The notes under the pieces are model-generated. The model was not told the origin of the DNA and searched no databases. It worked only from the letters and a program-made list of their open reading frames with translations. The translations under genes were made by a program, and so were the position numbers. A DNA stretch of 64,000 bases from Alphaproteobacteria bacterium (GTDB taxonomy: Bacteria; Pseudomonadota; Alphaproteobacteria; SP197), in NCBI GenBank assembly GCA_965228895.1, contig OZ245842.1, positions 1,440,001 to 1,504,000 on the forward strand, read 5' to 3'. Shown here in pieces: positions 37,198 to 47,368 of the stretch. The stretch's first letter is position 1, and every line of letters starts with the position of its first letter.

Positions 37198-37950
37198 CTA
37201 AACACCGAGCCCGTCGAGCACAAGTTTGGCGCCGACAATCACGAGAAAACCGTAGCACAATCGATAGAACAGCTCCTGCGGCACCCGGCCATGCAGGCGG
37301 AAACCGATCCACATGCCGAGCGGCGCCAATGGCGCCAGCACAAGCGCTGTCAGCAACGTGGTCTCGGTAAAGAGGCCCAGACCGGCATAGGGCACCAGCT
37401 TGACGTAGTTGATGACGGTGAAGAAAACGACGGTGGTGCCGACATACAGCGTCTTGTCGAGGTTCTGGGCGAGCAGGAAGACCTGTACCGGCGGCCCGCC
37501 AGCATGGGCGATGAAGCTGGTGAAACCGGATATGGCGCCGGCAGCCGGTCCCATCCAAGGCGGCACCGGCAGACGCGTCAGGGGCGCGATGCGCTGGAGC
37601 CAGTAATTGAGCGCGAAGACGAGCGCAATGCCGCCGATGATCAGGCGGATGCTCGCTTCATCGATGGTGCCGAAGGTCAACGCCGCCAGGGCCATGCCGA
37701 CAAAAGCGCCGGGCACCAACAACAAGATCATGCGGCGGTGCCAGGTACCCCAATAGGACTTGAGGCCGAAAACATCCATCGCGCACAGAACAGGCGCCAT
37801 GATCGCGGCCGCCTCGATCGGCGACACACTCATCGCCATTAACGGCACCGCGAGGATGCCGAGTCCGCCGCCAAATCCGCCCTTCGAGACACCCGACACC
37901 AGCACCGCCGGGATCGCGGCGGCGTAGAACCAGAAACTCTCAAGCGGCAA
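37198..37950 (-). CDS. TauE/SafE family membrane exporter
   Basis: GVSKGGFGGGLG, SGFTSFIAHAGGPP, INYVKLVPY; TTG start inferred. Confidence 0.88.
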   Translation of the reverse strand: MPLESFWFYAAAIPAVLVSGVSKGGFGGGLGILAVPLMAMSVSPIEAAAIMAPVLCAMDVFGLKSYWGTWHRRMILLLVPGAFVGMALAALTFGTIDEASIRLIIGGIALVFALNYWLQRIAPLTRLPVPPWMGPAAGAISGFTSFIAHAGGPPVQVFLLAQNLDKTLYVGTTVVFFTVINYVKLVPYAGLGLFTETTLLTALVLAPLAPLGMWIGFRLHGRVPQELFYRLCYGFLVIVGAKLVLDGLGV

Positions 37951-37970
37951 GGCGTCGACCCGGCTTGTTG

Positions 37971-38570
37971 CTAATAGACCTCGAAATGAGCCTCTGTCGG
38001 TTCGCCGGCCTTGCCGTTGATCGGCAGGATATCCTGCGGGCAGGCGGACATGGCGACAACGCAGTCCATCTCGGCCTTGAAGACGACGTAGTCGCCGGGT
38101 TTGGTGACCGGCGCCTCGAACGACAGGCCGCCCTCCGGCGTCCACGGGATGTTCATGAAGAGATTGAGCGGCGCCGGTGTGTGGGTTTCTTTCAGACCCA
38201 GCTCCGTCAGACCGGTGGTCAGGTTGTCGGCGCAGTTGTCGTGATAGTCCTTGACCCCCAAAAGGCCATAGCGCCAGCGGTCGCAGGCCGCCATCTGGGT
38301 GTCGTGAACGCCGGGCGAGGTGTCTTCCACCAGGGTCAGGATCGGGCGGCGCTGGTTGGTAACCAGATGGTCGCCGACCTTGGGCACCATGCGCTGGTTA
38401 TAGGCCCGCGTCGCGTCCATCGCCATGAACTCGGCGATATCGCCGGCGTTGAAAGCCCAGGTGTCGACGACCTGCTCGCCATGGGTGTTGATGATCTTGA
38501 TGTGCTGGCCTTTTTTGACATGTGCGGCCTTGCCGCCGCGCGCCGGAACTGTGACAGTTTCGCCAGACAT
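37971..38570 (-). CDS. DUF1989 (urea carboxylase-associated family) protein
   Basis: G.QVVDTWAF, DTSPGVHDTQMAACD, HDNCADN, LNLFMN, SACPQD. Confidence 0.88.
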   Translation of the reverse strand: MSGETVTVPARGGKAAHVKKGQHIKIINTHGEQVVDTWAFNAGDIAEFMAMDATRAYNQRMVPKVGDHLVTNQRRPILTLVEDTSPGVHDTQMAACDRWRYGLLGVKDYHDNCADNLTTGLTELGLKETHTPAPLNLFMNIPWTPEGGLSFEAPVTKPGDYVVFKAEMDCVVAMSACPQDILPINGKAGEPTEAHFEVY

Positions 38571-38662
38571 GACGTGCACCTCCCTTAACGATTTGACGAT
38601 GAGATGGCCGCTATTGTGGTCATCTGCGCGGCGTGTGCAATGGTGTCGGCGGTAACCCCGGC

Positions 38663-39289
38663 ATGAGCGGGCCGATCGACACCGTGGATGATCTGCGCCA
38701 TGGCATCGCCTGTCTGGGTCAATTGGAAGAGCGCTTTGCCGAAGTTCACAAGGCAACCGGCGATCCACCGCTCAGGCGCGAGGCCGGCGGATTCGCGTCG
38801 CTCATCAGAATGATCGTCTACCAACATGTGTCCTTGACCAGCGCCGGTGCGACCTGGGCGCGGCTGGAACAACGAACCGGAACCGTGTCGCCCCCGGCCA
38901 TTGCGGCTCTCGACCAACAGGCCTTGCGCGACTCCGGCCTGACCTTCGCCAAGGCGCGTTCCTGTTTGGCGATCGCGGAGCAGATCGTTGACGGGCGGTT
39001 CGACCTGGAGGCCCTGACTAAGATGGAGGACGGACCGGCACGCAAGGCGCTGATCGCTCTGCCCGGCATCGGACCGTGGACGGCCGAACTTTATCTCCTG
39101 ACATGTCTGGGACGCCCCGACGCCTGGCCGGGGGGCGATGTCGCCTTGCGCAGCGCGGCGCAAGACGTGTTCGCGTTGTCGGGGCGTCCGGACACGGCGG
39201 CAATGGAAGTGCTGGCCGAGCCGTGGCGGCCATGGCGTGCGGTGGCTGCGCGTCTGTTGTGGTCCTATTACCGGCACGCAGGTGTCTAA
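38663..39289 (+). CDS. alkA: DNA-3-methyladenine glycosylase II (HhH-GPD)
   Basis: IVYQHVS, LPGIGPWTA, DAWPGGD, WRPWRAVAARLLW. Confidence 0.85.
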   Translation: MSGPIDTVDDLRHGIACLGQLEERFAEVHKATGDPPLRREAGGFASLIRMIVYQHVSLTSAGATWARLEQRTGTVSPPAIAALDQQALRDSGLTFAKARSCLAIAEQIVDGRFDLEALTKMEDGPARKALIALPGIGPWTAELYLLTCLGRPDAWPGGDVALRSAAQDVFALSGRPDTAAMEVLAEPWRPWRAVAARLLWSYYRHAGV

Positions 39290-39305
39290 GCGTAAGGTCG
39301 AGCTG

Positions 39306-40391
39306 ATGCCCGAAGAACTCAAAAACTGGTTTGATAAGGCGTTCTACGAGGACCTGGCGTCAGCGATGGGCGAGGCTTATCCGTCATTCGATCAACGCGC
39401 TTTCGTTAGCTCGGCCACCGATGGTCTTGACGCACTTGAGCTAAAGCAGCGACTGATCCGTACGGCCGAGCTGTGTCGTCGCTTCCTGCCTTCGGATTAC
39501 GGTGAAGCGCTCGATATCGTGTACCAGGTCGCACCACGCTATGACGGTCAGTTCCGCGGCATGTTTGCGCCGGAGTTCGTCGGCCTCTACGGCCTCGACG
39601 ATCGCAAACGCTCGCTCGATGCGCTCAAGTTTCTAACCCGGTTCTCGACATCGGAGTCGGCAATCAGGCCGTTTATCGAGCAGGACTTGGCGGGAACGCT
39701 GAACGTGATGGCGCGTTGGGCCAAGGACAAGAACCATCACATCCGTCGGCTGGCGAGCGAAGGCTGCAGGCCGCGGCTTCCTTGGTCATCACGGCTGGAT
39801 GCGCTGATCGACGACCCGACGCCGGTGTTCCCGATTCTTGATACGCTCAAGGCCGACCCTGAACTCTATGTCCGCAAGTCCGTCGCCAACCACTTGAACG
39901 ACATCTCAAAGGACAATCCTGAGATCATGCTGGACTGGGTCTCCGCCTGGGACCGCGGGGACGACCGCACCGCGTGGATCGTGCGCCATGGCGCGCGGAG
40001 TTTGATCAAGGCCGGCCACCCGCGCTCCTTTGCCTTGTTCGGTTTTGAGGCGAAGCCCCGCATAGCCGTGGAGAACCTGAAAGCAAAACCCAAGCGCATC
40101 AAACTCGGGCAAACGGTTACCTTCAGCTTCGACGTCGTCTCACGCGCCCGGCGCGACCAGAAACTCGCGGTCGATTACGCCATCCATTATGTGAAGGCGT
40201 CGGGCCGGCCGTCGCGTAAGGTCTTCAAGCTGACCGAATTCGTGCTGGAGGCCGGCGAGCGTCAGACGATTGAAAAGCGGCAGACGTTCAAAGACTTCTC
40301 GACCCGCACCCATCACCCAGGCCGGCATGTCTTCGAGCTTGTGATCAACGGCAAAACGTACGGCGAGGTCGACTTTCACCTTACGGCGTGA
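39306..40391 (+). CDS. alkC: HEAT-like repeat DNA alkylation repair glycosylase, AlkC-like with C-terminal beta domain
   Basis: LELKQR, TSE.AIRPF, RRLASEGCRPRLPW, YVRKSVANHLND, VDYAIHY, TRTHHPG. Confidence 0.78.
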   Translation: MPEELKNWFDKAFYEDLASAMGEAYPSFDQRAFVSSATDGLDALELKQRLIRTAELCRRFLPSDYGEALDIVYQVAPRYDGQFRGMFAPEFVGLYGLDDRKRSLDALKFLTRFSTSESAIRPFIEQDLAGTLNVMARWAKDKNHHIRRLASEGCRPRLPWSSRLDALIDDPTPVFPILDTLKADPELYVRKSVANHLNDISKDNPEIMLDWVSAWDRGDDRTAWIVRHGARSLIKAGHPRSFALFGFEAKPRIAVENLKAKPKRIKLGQTVTFSFDVVSRARRDQKLAVDYAIHYVKASGRPSRKVFKLTEFVLEAGERQTIEKRQTFKDFSTRTHHPGRHVFELVINGKTYGEVDFHLTA

Positions 40392-40399
40392 TGGCGGCG

Positions 40400-41776
40400 T
40401 CAGACCGGTGCGATGTGGCGGCGCGAGATCACGTGGAAGCGCCAGGCGAGCAGGACCGCTGCGATGCCGACGCCGATCAGCTCGGCAACAAGCAATCCCT
40501 GAACCTTCAGATCAAGCGCAATGCCGAGGCCGTAACCTGCCGGCACCATCACGAGCCAGAATGCGGTGAGGCCGATCCAGGTCGTCGGCCAGATATCGCC
40601 CGCGCCGCGCAAGGCGCCGATCAGGACGCCCTGAAGACCGTCGGCCAGGAGCAGGATGGCGGCGAGCGTTATTGCCGGGATTGCGACGACCAGGACCGCC
40701 GGGTCGCTGGTGTACACCCTGGCGACGACGTCCGGGAAAGCGAGGACCAGGGCGCCGATCACAAACATGATCACGGCTATCAGTCCGGTGCCCACCCAAC
40801 CGGCGACGCGCAGTCCCGCCATGTCATGGCGCCCGACGGCATTACCGACACGCACCGCGGTCGCCGCCGACATGCCGATTGCGACCATGAACACGAGAGC
40901 AATGAAGTTGCCGGTGACCTGAAATCCGGCGACCTGGTGCGCGCCCAACCAACCCGCCATCATGGTCAGACTCATGAACGCCGAGGCCTCAAAGCCATAG
41001 GACAGCGCGAGCGGGGCGCCAAGCCTGAGAAAACGTTTTTCCAGAAACCATCGGTCGCGAACTGGGCGTCGCACGCCGAAGGTGTCGCGGTCGCCCATGG
41101 TCAGTACATAGGCGATCAAGACGATCACCATGAACCATCGCGTCAGGCTCGTCGCCAAGATCGCGCCGGCCGCGCCATCGGGCGCAAACGCCACATGGTC
41201 GTAAATGAAAAGCCAGTTCAGTCCGAAGTTCACCACAATGGCCATCAGCATCACCGTCATGCCGGGCCTGGGACGGCTCAAACCCTCCAGAAACATGGTG
41301 GCGGCGATGAACATGTAGATCGCCGGCATGCTTGGCGCGAACATCATCATCGCGTTGCCGCCGCCTGCCGCGAGCTCCGGTGACTGACCGAACAGCAACA
41401 GAATGTCTTCGCTCCATTGCAGCACGATTGCGAACAGGCACCCCAACGCCAAACCGTTTGCGATGGCGATCCACAGGATGTTGCCGCAGCTTTTTTGTTT
41501 GCCGGCGCCATCTGCCTGGGACACCAGAATGGCGGCGCCGCCCATCAGGCCGACGCCCAGGACCAGCATCGCGACCTGGATCGAATAGGCTATGGCGAGA
41601 AACGCCAGCTCCTGGCCGCCGGCATGTCCGGTCATGATGGTATCGGTCGACACCATCACCAGGATGCCGCAGCGCGCGACGATCACCGGACCGGCCAGCT
41701 TGAGCGTGCGCCAGACGTGCTCGCGAAGCGATTGGGCCGGCGGCCGGCTGGCCGTTGGATGGGGAACGGCGGTCAA
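40400..41776 (-). CDS. MATE family efflux transporter
   Basis: LKLAGPV, DTIMTG, LGAP, AAT.RVGNAVG, DGLQ...GALRGAGD. Confidence 0.9.
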   Translation of the reverse strand: MTAVPHPTASRPPAQSLREHVWRTLKLAGPVIVARCGILVMVSTDTIMTGHAGGQELAFLAIAYSIQVAMLVLGVGLMGGAAILVSQADGAGKQKSCGNILWIAIANGLALGCLFAIVLQWSEDILLLFGQSPELAAGGGNAMMMFAPSMPAIYMFIAATMFLEGLSRPRPGMTVMLMAIVVNFGLNWLFIYDHVAFAPDGAAGAILATSLTRWFMVIVLIAYVLTMGDRDTFGVRRPVRDRWFLEKRFLRLGAPLALSYGFEASAFMSLTMMAGWLGAHQVAGFQVTGNFIALVFMVAIGMSAATAVRVGNAVGRHDMAGLRVAGWVGTGLIAVIMFVIGALVLAFPDVVARVYTSDPAVLVVAIPAITLAAILLLADGLQGVLIGALRGAGDIWPTTWIGLTAFWLVMVPAGYGLGIALDLKVQGLLVAELIGVGIAAVLLAWRFHVISRRHIAPV

Positions 41777-41812
41777 CGAAACTCCTGATCGGGCAGTCGC
41801 GCGTCGCCCGCG

Positions 41813-43216
41813 TTACGGTGAGGTCTTGCTCGTCTTCGGCCCGCGCCAGTTGGATTCGATGTCTTCCAGGCTTCGGCCCTTGGTTTCTGGCACCAGCTTA
41901 TAGACAAAAAGCCAAGACGCGACGACCAACAGGCTATAGATCAGGAAGGTTCCGGAATCGCCAACAACGTCGATCAAGATGGGGAACGAGAGCGTCGAGA
42001 ACAGGTAGGTTCCCCACAAGACAAAGTTCGCCAAGCCCATGCCGAGCGCACGGATCTGCAGCGGCAGGAGCTCGGAGATCAAAAGAAAGACGACCACACC
42101 GGGTCCGGCAGTAAAGGCGGCGACAAACACCAGAAAGGCGACAACCGCGATCCAGCCAGCCGGACCCGCCATGGTCGGCAGTTGGAAGACGATAGCGAGG
42201 ATGGTGAGCATCAAGGCCATGCCGAACAGGCCGCACAGCATCAGAGGCCGGCGTCCCTGCCGGTCCACCAACAAGAGTCCGGTTATGCCGAAAACCACAT
42301 AGACCAAGCCGACACCGACCGTTCCCATCAGTTCGACGGATCGGCTGCTGAAGCCGGCGAGCGCGAAGAGTTCGGGCGCCCAGAACGTCGCTATGGCGGC
42401 GCCTGTTGCGTGCCGGATAACGGCAAGTCCGACGCCGGCGATCAGCGCCATCTTGAAAGCTGGCTTGACCAGATCGGACCACCGGCCCGACTGTGTGGTC
42501 AGACCGTCTTTGATCTCGGCGATGTCACGGTCGACATGATCGGCACCGACTATTCGGCGCAGTACGTCGCGTGCCTTGTCGATCTGGTCTCGCACCACAA
42601 GCCATCGTGGACTTTCTGGCAGGGCCAACGTAACGACGATCAACAGTGCAGCGGGCGCTACGCCCATCGCAAACATCCAACGCCAACCGTGTTCACTCGA
42701 TCGAAGTGCAAAGTCGGAAAAGTAGGACGTCAGCAGGCCGACGGTAAGCGCAACCGAGAACAGTGCGCCCAAGCGGCCACGCAGATGGCTTGGTGAGAGC
42801 TCCGCAATGAAAAGAGGCGTCACGCAGGTCAAAACCCCGATCGATAAACCGGCGGTGATGCGACCGGCCAGGACGAGGTCGAAGGTTGGTGACAACGCTG
42901 ACAGCAAGGCACCGGCAAGCCCGATGACGGCACCCAGGGCGACAATGCGGCGCCGACCGTACTTGTCTGCCAGCTTGCCGCCCACGATGGCGCCGATCAT
43001 GGCACCCAGAAGCGATGCGCTGACCGTCGCGTCTTCCAGTGTATCGGAGAGGTCGAACCGATCGACGACAAACAGAATCGCGCCGGCGATAACGCCGAGG
43101 TTGTAGCCATAGAGCAGACCGCTCATCGCGCACATGGCCGCAATCAAGTAGAGGATCGCGACGCCGCCTTGCGCGCTCGGGTCGGCGTGCCGGACCTTCG
43201 AGGATGTGTTTGCCAA
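41813..43216 (-). CDS. Sugar porter family MFS transporter
   Basis: GLLYGYNLGVI, DKYGRR, AELSP..LRG, PESPRWL, VDRQGRR, PETKGRSLE. Confidence 0.92.
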   Translation of the reverse strand: MANTSSKVRHADPSAQGGVAILYLIAAMCAMSGLLYGYNLGVIAGAILFVVDRFDLSDTLEDATVSASLLGAMIGAIVGGKLADKYGRRRIVALGAVIGLAGALLSALSPTFDLVLAGRITAGLSIGVLTCVTPLFIAELSPSHLRGRLGALFSVALTVGLLTSYFSDFALRSSEHGWRWMFAMGVAPAALLIVVTLALPESPRWLVVRDQIDKARDVLRRIVGADHVDRDIAEIKDGLTTQSGRWSDLVKPAFKMALIAGVGLAVIRHATGAAIATFWAPELFALAGFSSRSVELMGTVGVGLVYVVFGITGLLLVDRQGRRPLMLCGLFGMALMLTILAIVFQLPTMAGPAGWIAVVAFLVFVAAFTAGPGVVVFLLISELLPLQIRALGMGLANFVLWGTYLFSTLSFPILIDVVGDSGTFLIYSLLVVASWLFVYKLVPETKGRSLEDIESNWRGPKTSKTSP

Positions 43217-43272
43217 TGTCTAACCTCGGGAAAGTCCTGGATTTGGCGTCTTGATAAGCAGTATCGCACCGA

Positions 43273-44433
43273 TCATTCGGGCGCGATGTAGTCTTCCTGG
43301 CGCGCCAAGCTGCCGTCTGCGTTCAGCCAGCGGACTTTGTCGCCTTCGATGACGACATGGAAACAGCCGGTCGCCCCATCCAGCCACGTGTTCCAACGTC
43401 GGCAGTACATATCGTCTTCGATCCACCAACTGCCACTATCGACGAACTCGTCGTGGTGGCCGGCGACACCGGCCGTCGTACCGTCGTCGAGGATACGGAC
43501 CGTGTACGGGTTGCCGTAGCTGTTGACACCCATGGTGGTCGATCCGGTCAGCGCGCCTTCGATCGCGGCAGCGTCGAGAGGCGTGGAGGCAGACGATGCT
43601 GTCGCCGTTTGTAATGTGGCGCTGACGCCTGGACCTAGATGGGCGAGCAAGAAGTCGTGCATGCGCTGGATCGAATCGTCATGGGCTGCGGGGTTATGAA
43701 TCAATTGGTAGCCCCAGTACTCACCGTTGCAAGCGCGACAGTCATAGGAGTGCGTCGCGCCATCATAGACGATGAGATCGATGGGCATTTCAGCAGCAGT
43801 CGATCCTTCAACAAGGCTTTCGCATCGGCTTGCCGGTGTCCAGTCGTCCGCCGAGCCGATCAGGATCATCAACGGTGGCGCGAAACGCTGGTGGGTCATC
43901 GGACAGTAGGGATAAACGGCGACCGCAGCCTTGATTGACGGCTTGTGGCGCGGCGCCAGTGACCCGGGTTCGCCGGCGACCAGCAAAGTGACGTTGGCAC
44001 CGTGAGAGAATCCAACAACGGCTACCCTATCGGTATTGATATGATCGAGCGTCTCAAGAAAGTCGATGGCGCCGTTGACATCGGCAACGCGCGGTACCGG
44101 TCGCAGAATATTGGTGCAGATCTCGTCGATCCCGCGCGGCCCGAAGCTGTCAATGCGCAGGCTGGCATAACCCCAGGACGCGAAGTGACCGGCCCATTCC
44201 TCGTGTGACGCTGTGGGCCCCGCACAGCCGTGAAGGACAAGGACAACCGGGAACGGACCGTCGCCATCCGGCACGGTCAGCAGACCGGTGACGCTGCCGG
44301 GTTCGATCCCTGACGCCCCTTCAAAGGTCTCCTTCGATTCAAACTCGACTGGCGTCGTCAGCGTGGCGTTGACGGCACCTGGTGACAGACAAAGAAAAAG
44401 GCTCCAAAGGGCGCCAATCCAGGGTCGTCTCAT
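43273..44433 (-). CDS. Secreted dienelactone-hydrolase-family enzyme with extra C-terminal domain
   Basis: Signal peptide; LHGCAG, DSFGPRG, GFSHG, DDWTP, ATHSYD; about 100-aa C-terminal beta domain. Confidence 0.85.
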   Translation of the reverse strand: MRRPWIGALWSLFLCLSPGAVNATLTTPVEFESKETFEGASGIEPGSVTGLLTVPDGDGPFPVVLVLHGCAGPTASHEEWAGHFASWGYASLRIDSFGPRGIDEICTNILRPVPRVADVNGAIDFLETLDHINTDRVAVVGFSHGANVTLLVAGEPGSLAPRHKPSIKAAVAVYPYCPMTHQRFAPPLMILIGSADDWTPASRCESLVEGSTAAEMPIDLIVYDGATHSYDCRACNGEYWGYQLIHNPAAHDDSIQRMHDFLLAHLGPGVSATLQTATASSASTPLDAAAIEGALTGSTTMGVNSYGNPYTVRILDDGTTAGVAGHHDEFVDSGSWWIEDDMYCRRWNTWLDGATGCFHVVIEGDKVRWLNADGSLARQEDYIAPE

Positions 44434-44484
44434 CGCGTTCTCCTGTTCGCCATGCGCGTAGCTTCGCGTGCTTTGCCCCTGCAA

Positions 44485-46275
44485 TCAATTGTGGCGGTAC
44501 CACCAGGTTGAGATGTCGGGGCCATAGAGTGGCGATATCTCGGGTCGCTCGATGAATGACCAGCGGGCGATATTGTCGACCTCCAAATGGAACAGTGGAA
44601 TGCCATAGCGGCCCCAAAGCAGAACGCGATCGAGGGCACGTGCTGCGGCGACAAGTTCGTCACGATCACGGGCATCAACAAGCCTGGTGATCAAGCCGTC
44701 GACCACGGGATCGGACACGCCTGCATAGTTGCGGCTACCCGGGCTGTCGGCGGCATCCGATGACCAGTAGATGAACTGCTCGTTGCCCGGCGAGAGCGAC
44801 TGGCCCCAACGATAGACGATGGCATCGTAATCGAAGTCGGATCGGCGAAGCTGGTACTGCGCGCTGTCAACGGTTCTGAGCCGCGCGGTGATACCCAGTC
44901 GTTCCAGGTTGCGCGTGTAGGGCAGCAAGATGCGTTCCCAGCGGGAATCGTCCAGCAAGATCTCGAACGCAAAGGGTTGACCATCACTGGCCCTCGTCAG
45001 AGTACCATCGATGACCCGCCAGCCGGCCTCATCGAGCAGATCGCGCGCTGCCTGCAACTGCTCGCGAAGCTGACCGGTGCCGTCTGTCACGGGTAGGGTG
45101 AACGGCTCGCTGAAGACTTCTGGCGGCAACTGATCGCGATAGGGTTCCAAGAGTTCGAGTTCCAAACCGCCCGGCAAGCCCGACGAGGCGAGGTCGGCGT
45201 TGTCGAACATGCTGGTGGTGCGCGCATAGGCACCATGAAGCAAGCTGTTGTTGGTCCACTCGAAGTCGAAGGCCAGTCCGAGCGCTTCGCGTACGCGGGA
45301 ATCGTCGAACAATTCGCGGCGGCTGTTGAAGACCAGCGCCGACATGCCCGACGGCCGCCCGTGATCGACTTCCTCGGTCACGATGTCGCCACGCCGTGCG
45401 GCGGGCGTGTCATAGCCGGTCGCCCAGCGGGTTTCATCGTCTTCGAAGCGGGCATCGACATCGCCGGCCAGGAACGCCTGCATGGCCGCGTTGGCATCAC
45501 GGAAATAGGTGAAGCTGATCTGATCGAAGTTGTAGCGGCCGTGATTAACCGGCAGATCCCAGCCCCAATAGTCGCGGTCCCGCTCATAGACAATCCGCTG
45601 ACCGGCATCGACCGCGGCGACACGATAGGGACCGGTACCGAGCGGCGGCTGAAGGCTGGTCTTGTCGAACTCATGGGTCTCGAAATAGGCCTTCGACAGA
45701 ACCGGCATCAGCCCCATGATCAACGGCATCTCCCAATTGCCGATACGAAAGGTGAAACGCACGGTCAGCGGGTCAAGCGCCTCGGCCTTGGTGACTTCGC
45801 TGTAATAGGTGCGCGTGTGTGGCCGGCCCTCGTCGCGCAGGGTGCGCCAGGTGAACAGCACGTCGTCCGCGGTGACCGGCGTCCCGTCTTGGAAGCGGGC
45901 GTTGGGATTGATGTGGAAGGTGATCCACGATCGGTCGTCGGCGAGCTCGATCGATTCGGCAATCAGCGGATAGAGGGTGAAAGGCTCGTCCTGAGCGCGC
46001 TCCATCAGACTCTCGAAAACAAGTCCCAGCCCCTGCGCCGGGACACCCAGGATAATGTAGGGGTTGAGGTTGTCGAAGGTGCCGACGGCGGTCAGTCGCA
46101 ACGTGCCGCCGACCGGCGCATCGGGGTCGGCATAGGCGAAGTGCGCCATGTTCGGCGGGTAAGCGGGATCACCATGCATCGCCAAAGCGGTTTGCATCTC
46201 ACCAGCCGTTGACTCGGGCCCGGCGACCATGATGAATCCGGCAATCAAGACCATCAAACGGCGCAATAGGACCAT
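44485..46275 (-). CDS. yejA: YejA-like peptide ABC substrate-binding protein
   Basis: MHGDP.YP...HF.YADPDAP.GG, FDNLNP, DEPFT.Y, AFDFEW.N, SLSPGNEQ, GSRNYAG. Confidence 0.85.
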   Translation of the reverse strand: MVLLRRLMVLIAGFIMVAGPESTAGEMQTALAMHGDPAYPPNMAHFAYADPDAPVGGTLRLTAVGTFDNLNPYIILGVPAQGLGLVFESLMERAQDEPFTLYPLIAESIELADDRSWITFHINPNARFQDGTPVTADDVLFTWRTLRDEGRPHTRTYYSEVTKAEALDPLTVRFTFRIGNWEMPLIMGLMPVLSKAYFETHEFDKTSLQPPLGTGPYRVAAVDAGQRIVYERDRDYWGWDLPVNHGRYNFDQISFTYFRDANAAMQAFLAGDVDARFEDDETRWATGYDTPAARRGDIVTEEVDHGRPSGMSALVFNSRRELFDDSRVREALGLAFDFEWTNNSLLHGAYARTTSMFDNADLASSGLPGGLELELLEPYRDQLPPEVFSEPFTLPVTDGTGQLREQLQAARDLLDEAGWRVIDGTLTRASDGQPFAFEILLDDSRWERILLPYTRNLERLGITARLRTVDSAQYQLRRSDFDYDAIVYRWGQSLSPGNEQFIYWSSDAADSPGSRNYAGVSDPVVDGLITRLVDARDRDELVAAARALDRVLLWGRYGIPLFHLEVDNIARWSFIERPEISPLYGPDISTWWYRHN

Positions 46276-46352
46276 TATCCTGATCCGCCGTCGGTTAGAA
46301 CCAGCGGCTTCACGGCGGGCGGGCATGCCCATCGTTGCCGGGAGGCTTGGGG

Positions 46353-47366
46353 ATGTCGGTCTACCAAACCAGCCTTTACACAGATGTCGACTTCGATCGC
46401 CAGGGCAAGCAGATCGGTTGCTTGAAGCTGCCCAATTCGGTGACGCGCTCGGCCTATGGCGTCATTCCTATTCCGATCGCGGTCATCGCGAATGGCGAAG
46501 GGCCGACACTTCTGCTGATGGCAGGTAATCACGGTGACGAGTATGAAGGCCAAATTGCATTGGGGCGCCTGATCCGCGATCTCGAGCCCGACGCCATCCA
46601 GGGCCGTGTCATTATCCTGCCGTCGGCCAACCTTCCGGCGGCGCGTGACGGCCTGCGCGTGTCGCCTCTCGATGGCGGCAACCTCAACCGCGTGTTTCCT
46701 GGTGACCCCGAGGGGTCGCCGACGCGCCAGATCGCCCATTACATCGGTACGGTCTTGATGCCGATGGCCGATGTCTTCGTTGATCTGCATTCGGGCGGTG
46801 CGTCGCTTGACTACGTGCCTTTCGTCTCGGTGACGTTGTGCGGTGACGAGCAGCATGATGCTCGTGCGCTGGCCGCGATCAACGCGTTCGGTGGACCTTA
46901 TGGTCATCTCTGGGCGCCGAGCATGCGGGGCGTCTCCGAAAGCTCGGTACCGCGTCCCCAGTGTATCTCGCTGGGTGGCGAGTTCGGTGGTGGCGGTGTG
47001 GTCGACATCGACCACACGGCCTACGTTGAACGTGGCGTCAACAATCTTATGGCCCACCTTGGTATCCTGCCTGGTGCCGAGGTGCATAATGATAATTCCA
47101 TGAGATGGATGACGAGCGACGGTGATGATCTCTACACCTTCGCGCCAGATTACGGTGTTTTTGCGCCCGCCTGTCGGTTGGGCGATACAGTAACAAAAGG
47201 TCAGTTGGCCGGCGAGATCCATGCCATCGAGCATCCCGAACGGCCAGCCATCCCTGTCCATTTCAGTGCAACCGGCCTCTTGATTTGCCTCAGGGCAATC
47301 GGCCGCGTTGAGCCCGGCGACTGCCTGGCACATTTAGCCATAGACATTGACGAACCGGTGATTTGA
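46353..47366 (+). CDS. Succinylglutamate desuccinylase/aspartoacylase family deacylase (DoeB-like)
   Basis: GNHGDEYEG, R.SPLDGGNLNR.FPG, DLHSGG, EFGGGG. Confidence 0.85.
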   Translation: MSVYQTSLYTDVDFDRQGKQIGCLKLPNSVTRSAYGVIPIPIAVIANGEGPTLLLMAGNHGDEYEGQIALGRLIRDLEPDAIQGRVIILPSANLPAARDGLRVSPLDGGNLNRVFPGDPEGSPTRQIAHYIGTVLMPMADVFVDLHSGGASLDYVPFVSVTLCGDEQHDARALAAINAFGGPYGHLWAPSMRGVSESSVPRPQCISLGGEFGGGGVVDIDHTAYVERGVNNLMAHLGILPGAEVHNDNSMRWMTSDGDDLYTFAPDYGVFAPACRLGDTVTKGQLAGEIHAIEHPERPAIPVHFSATGLLICLRAIGRVEPGDCLAHLAIDIDEPVI

Positions 47367-47368
47367 CC

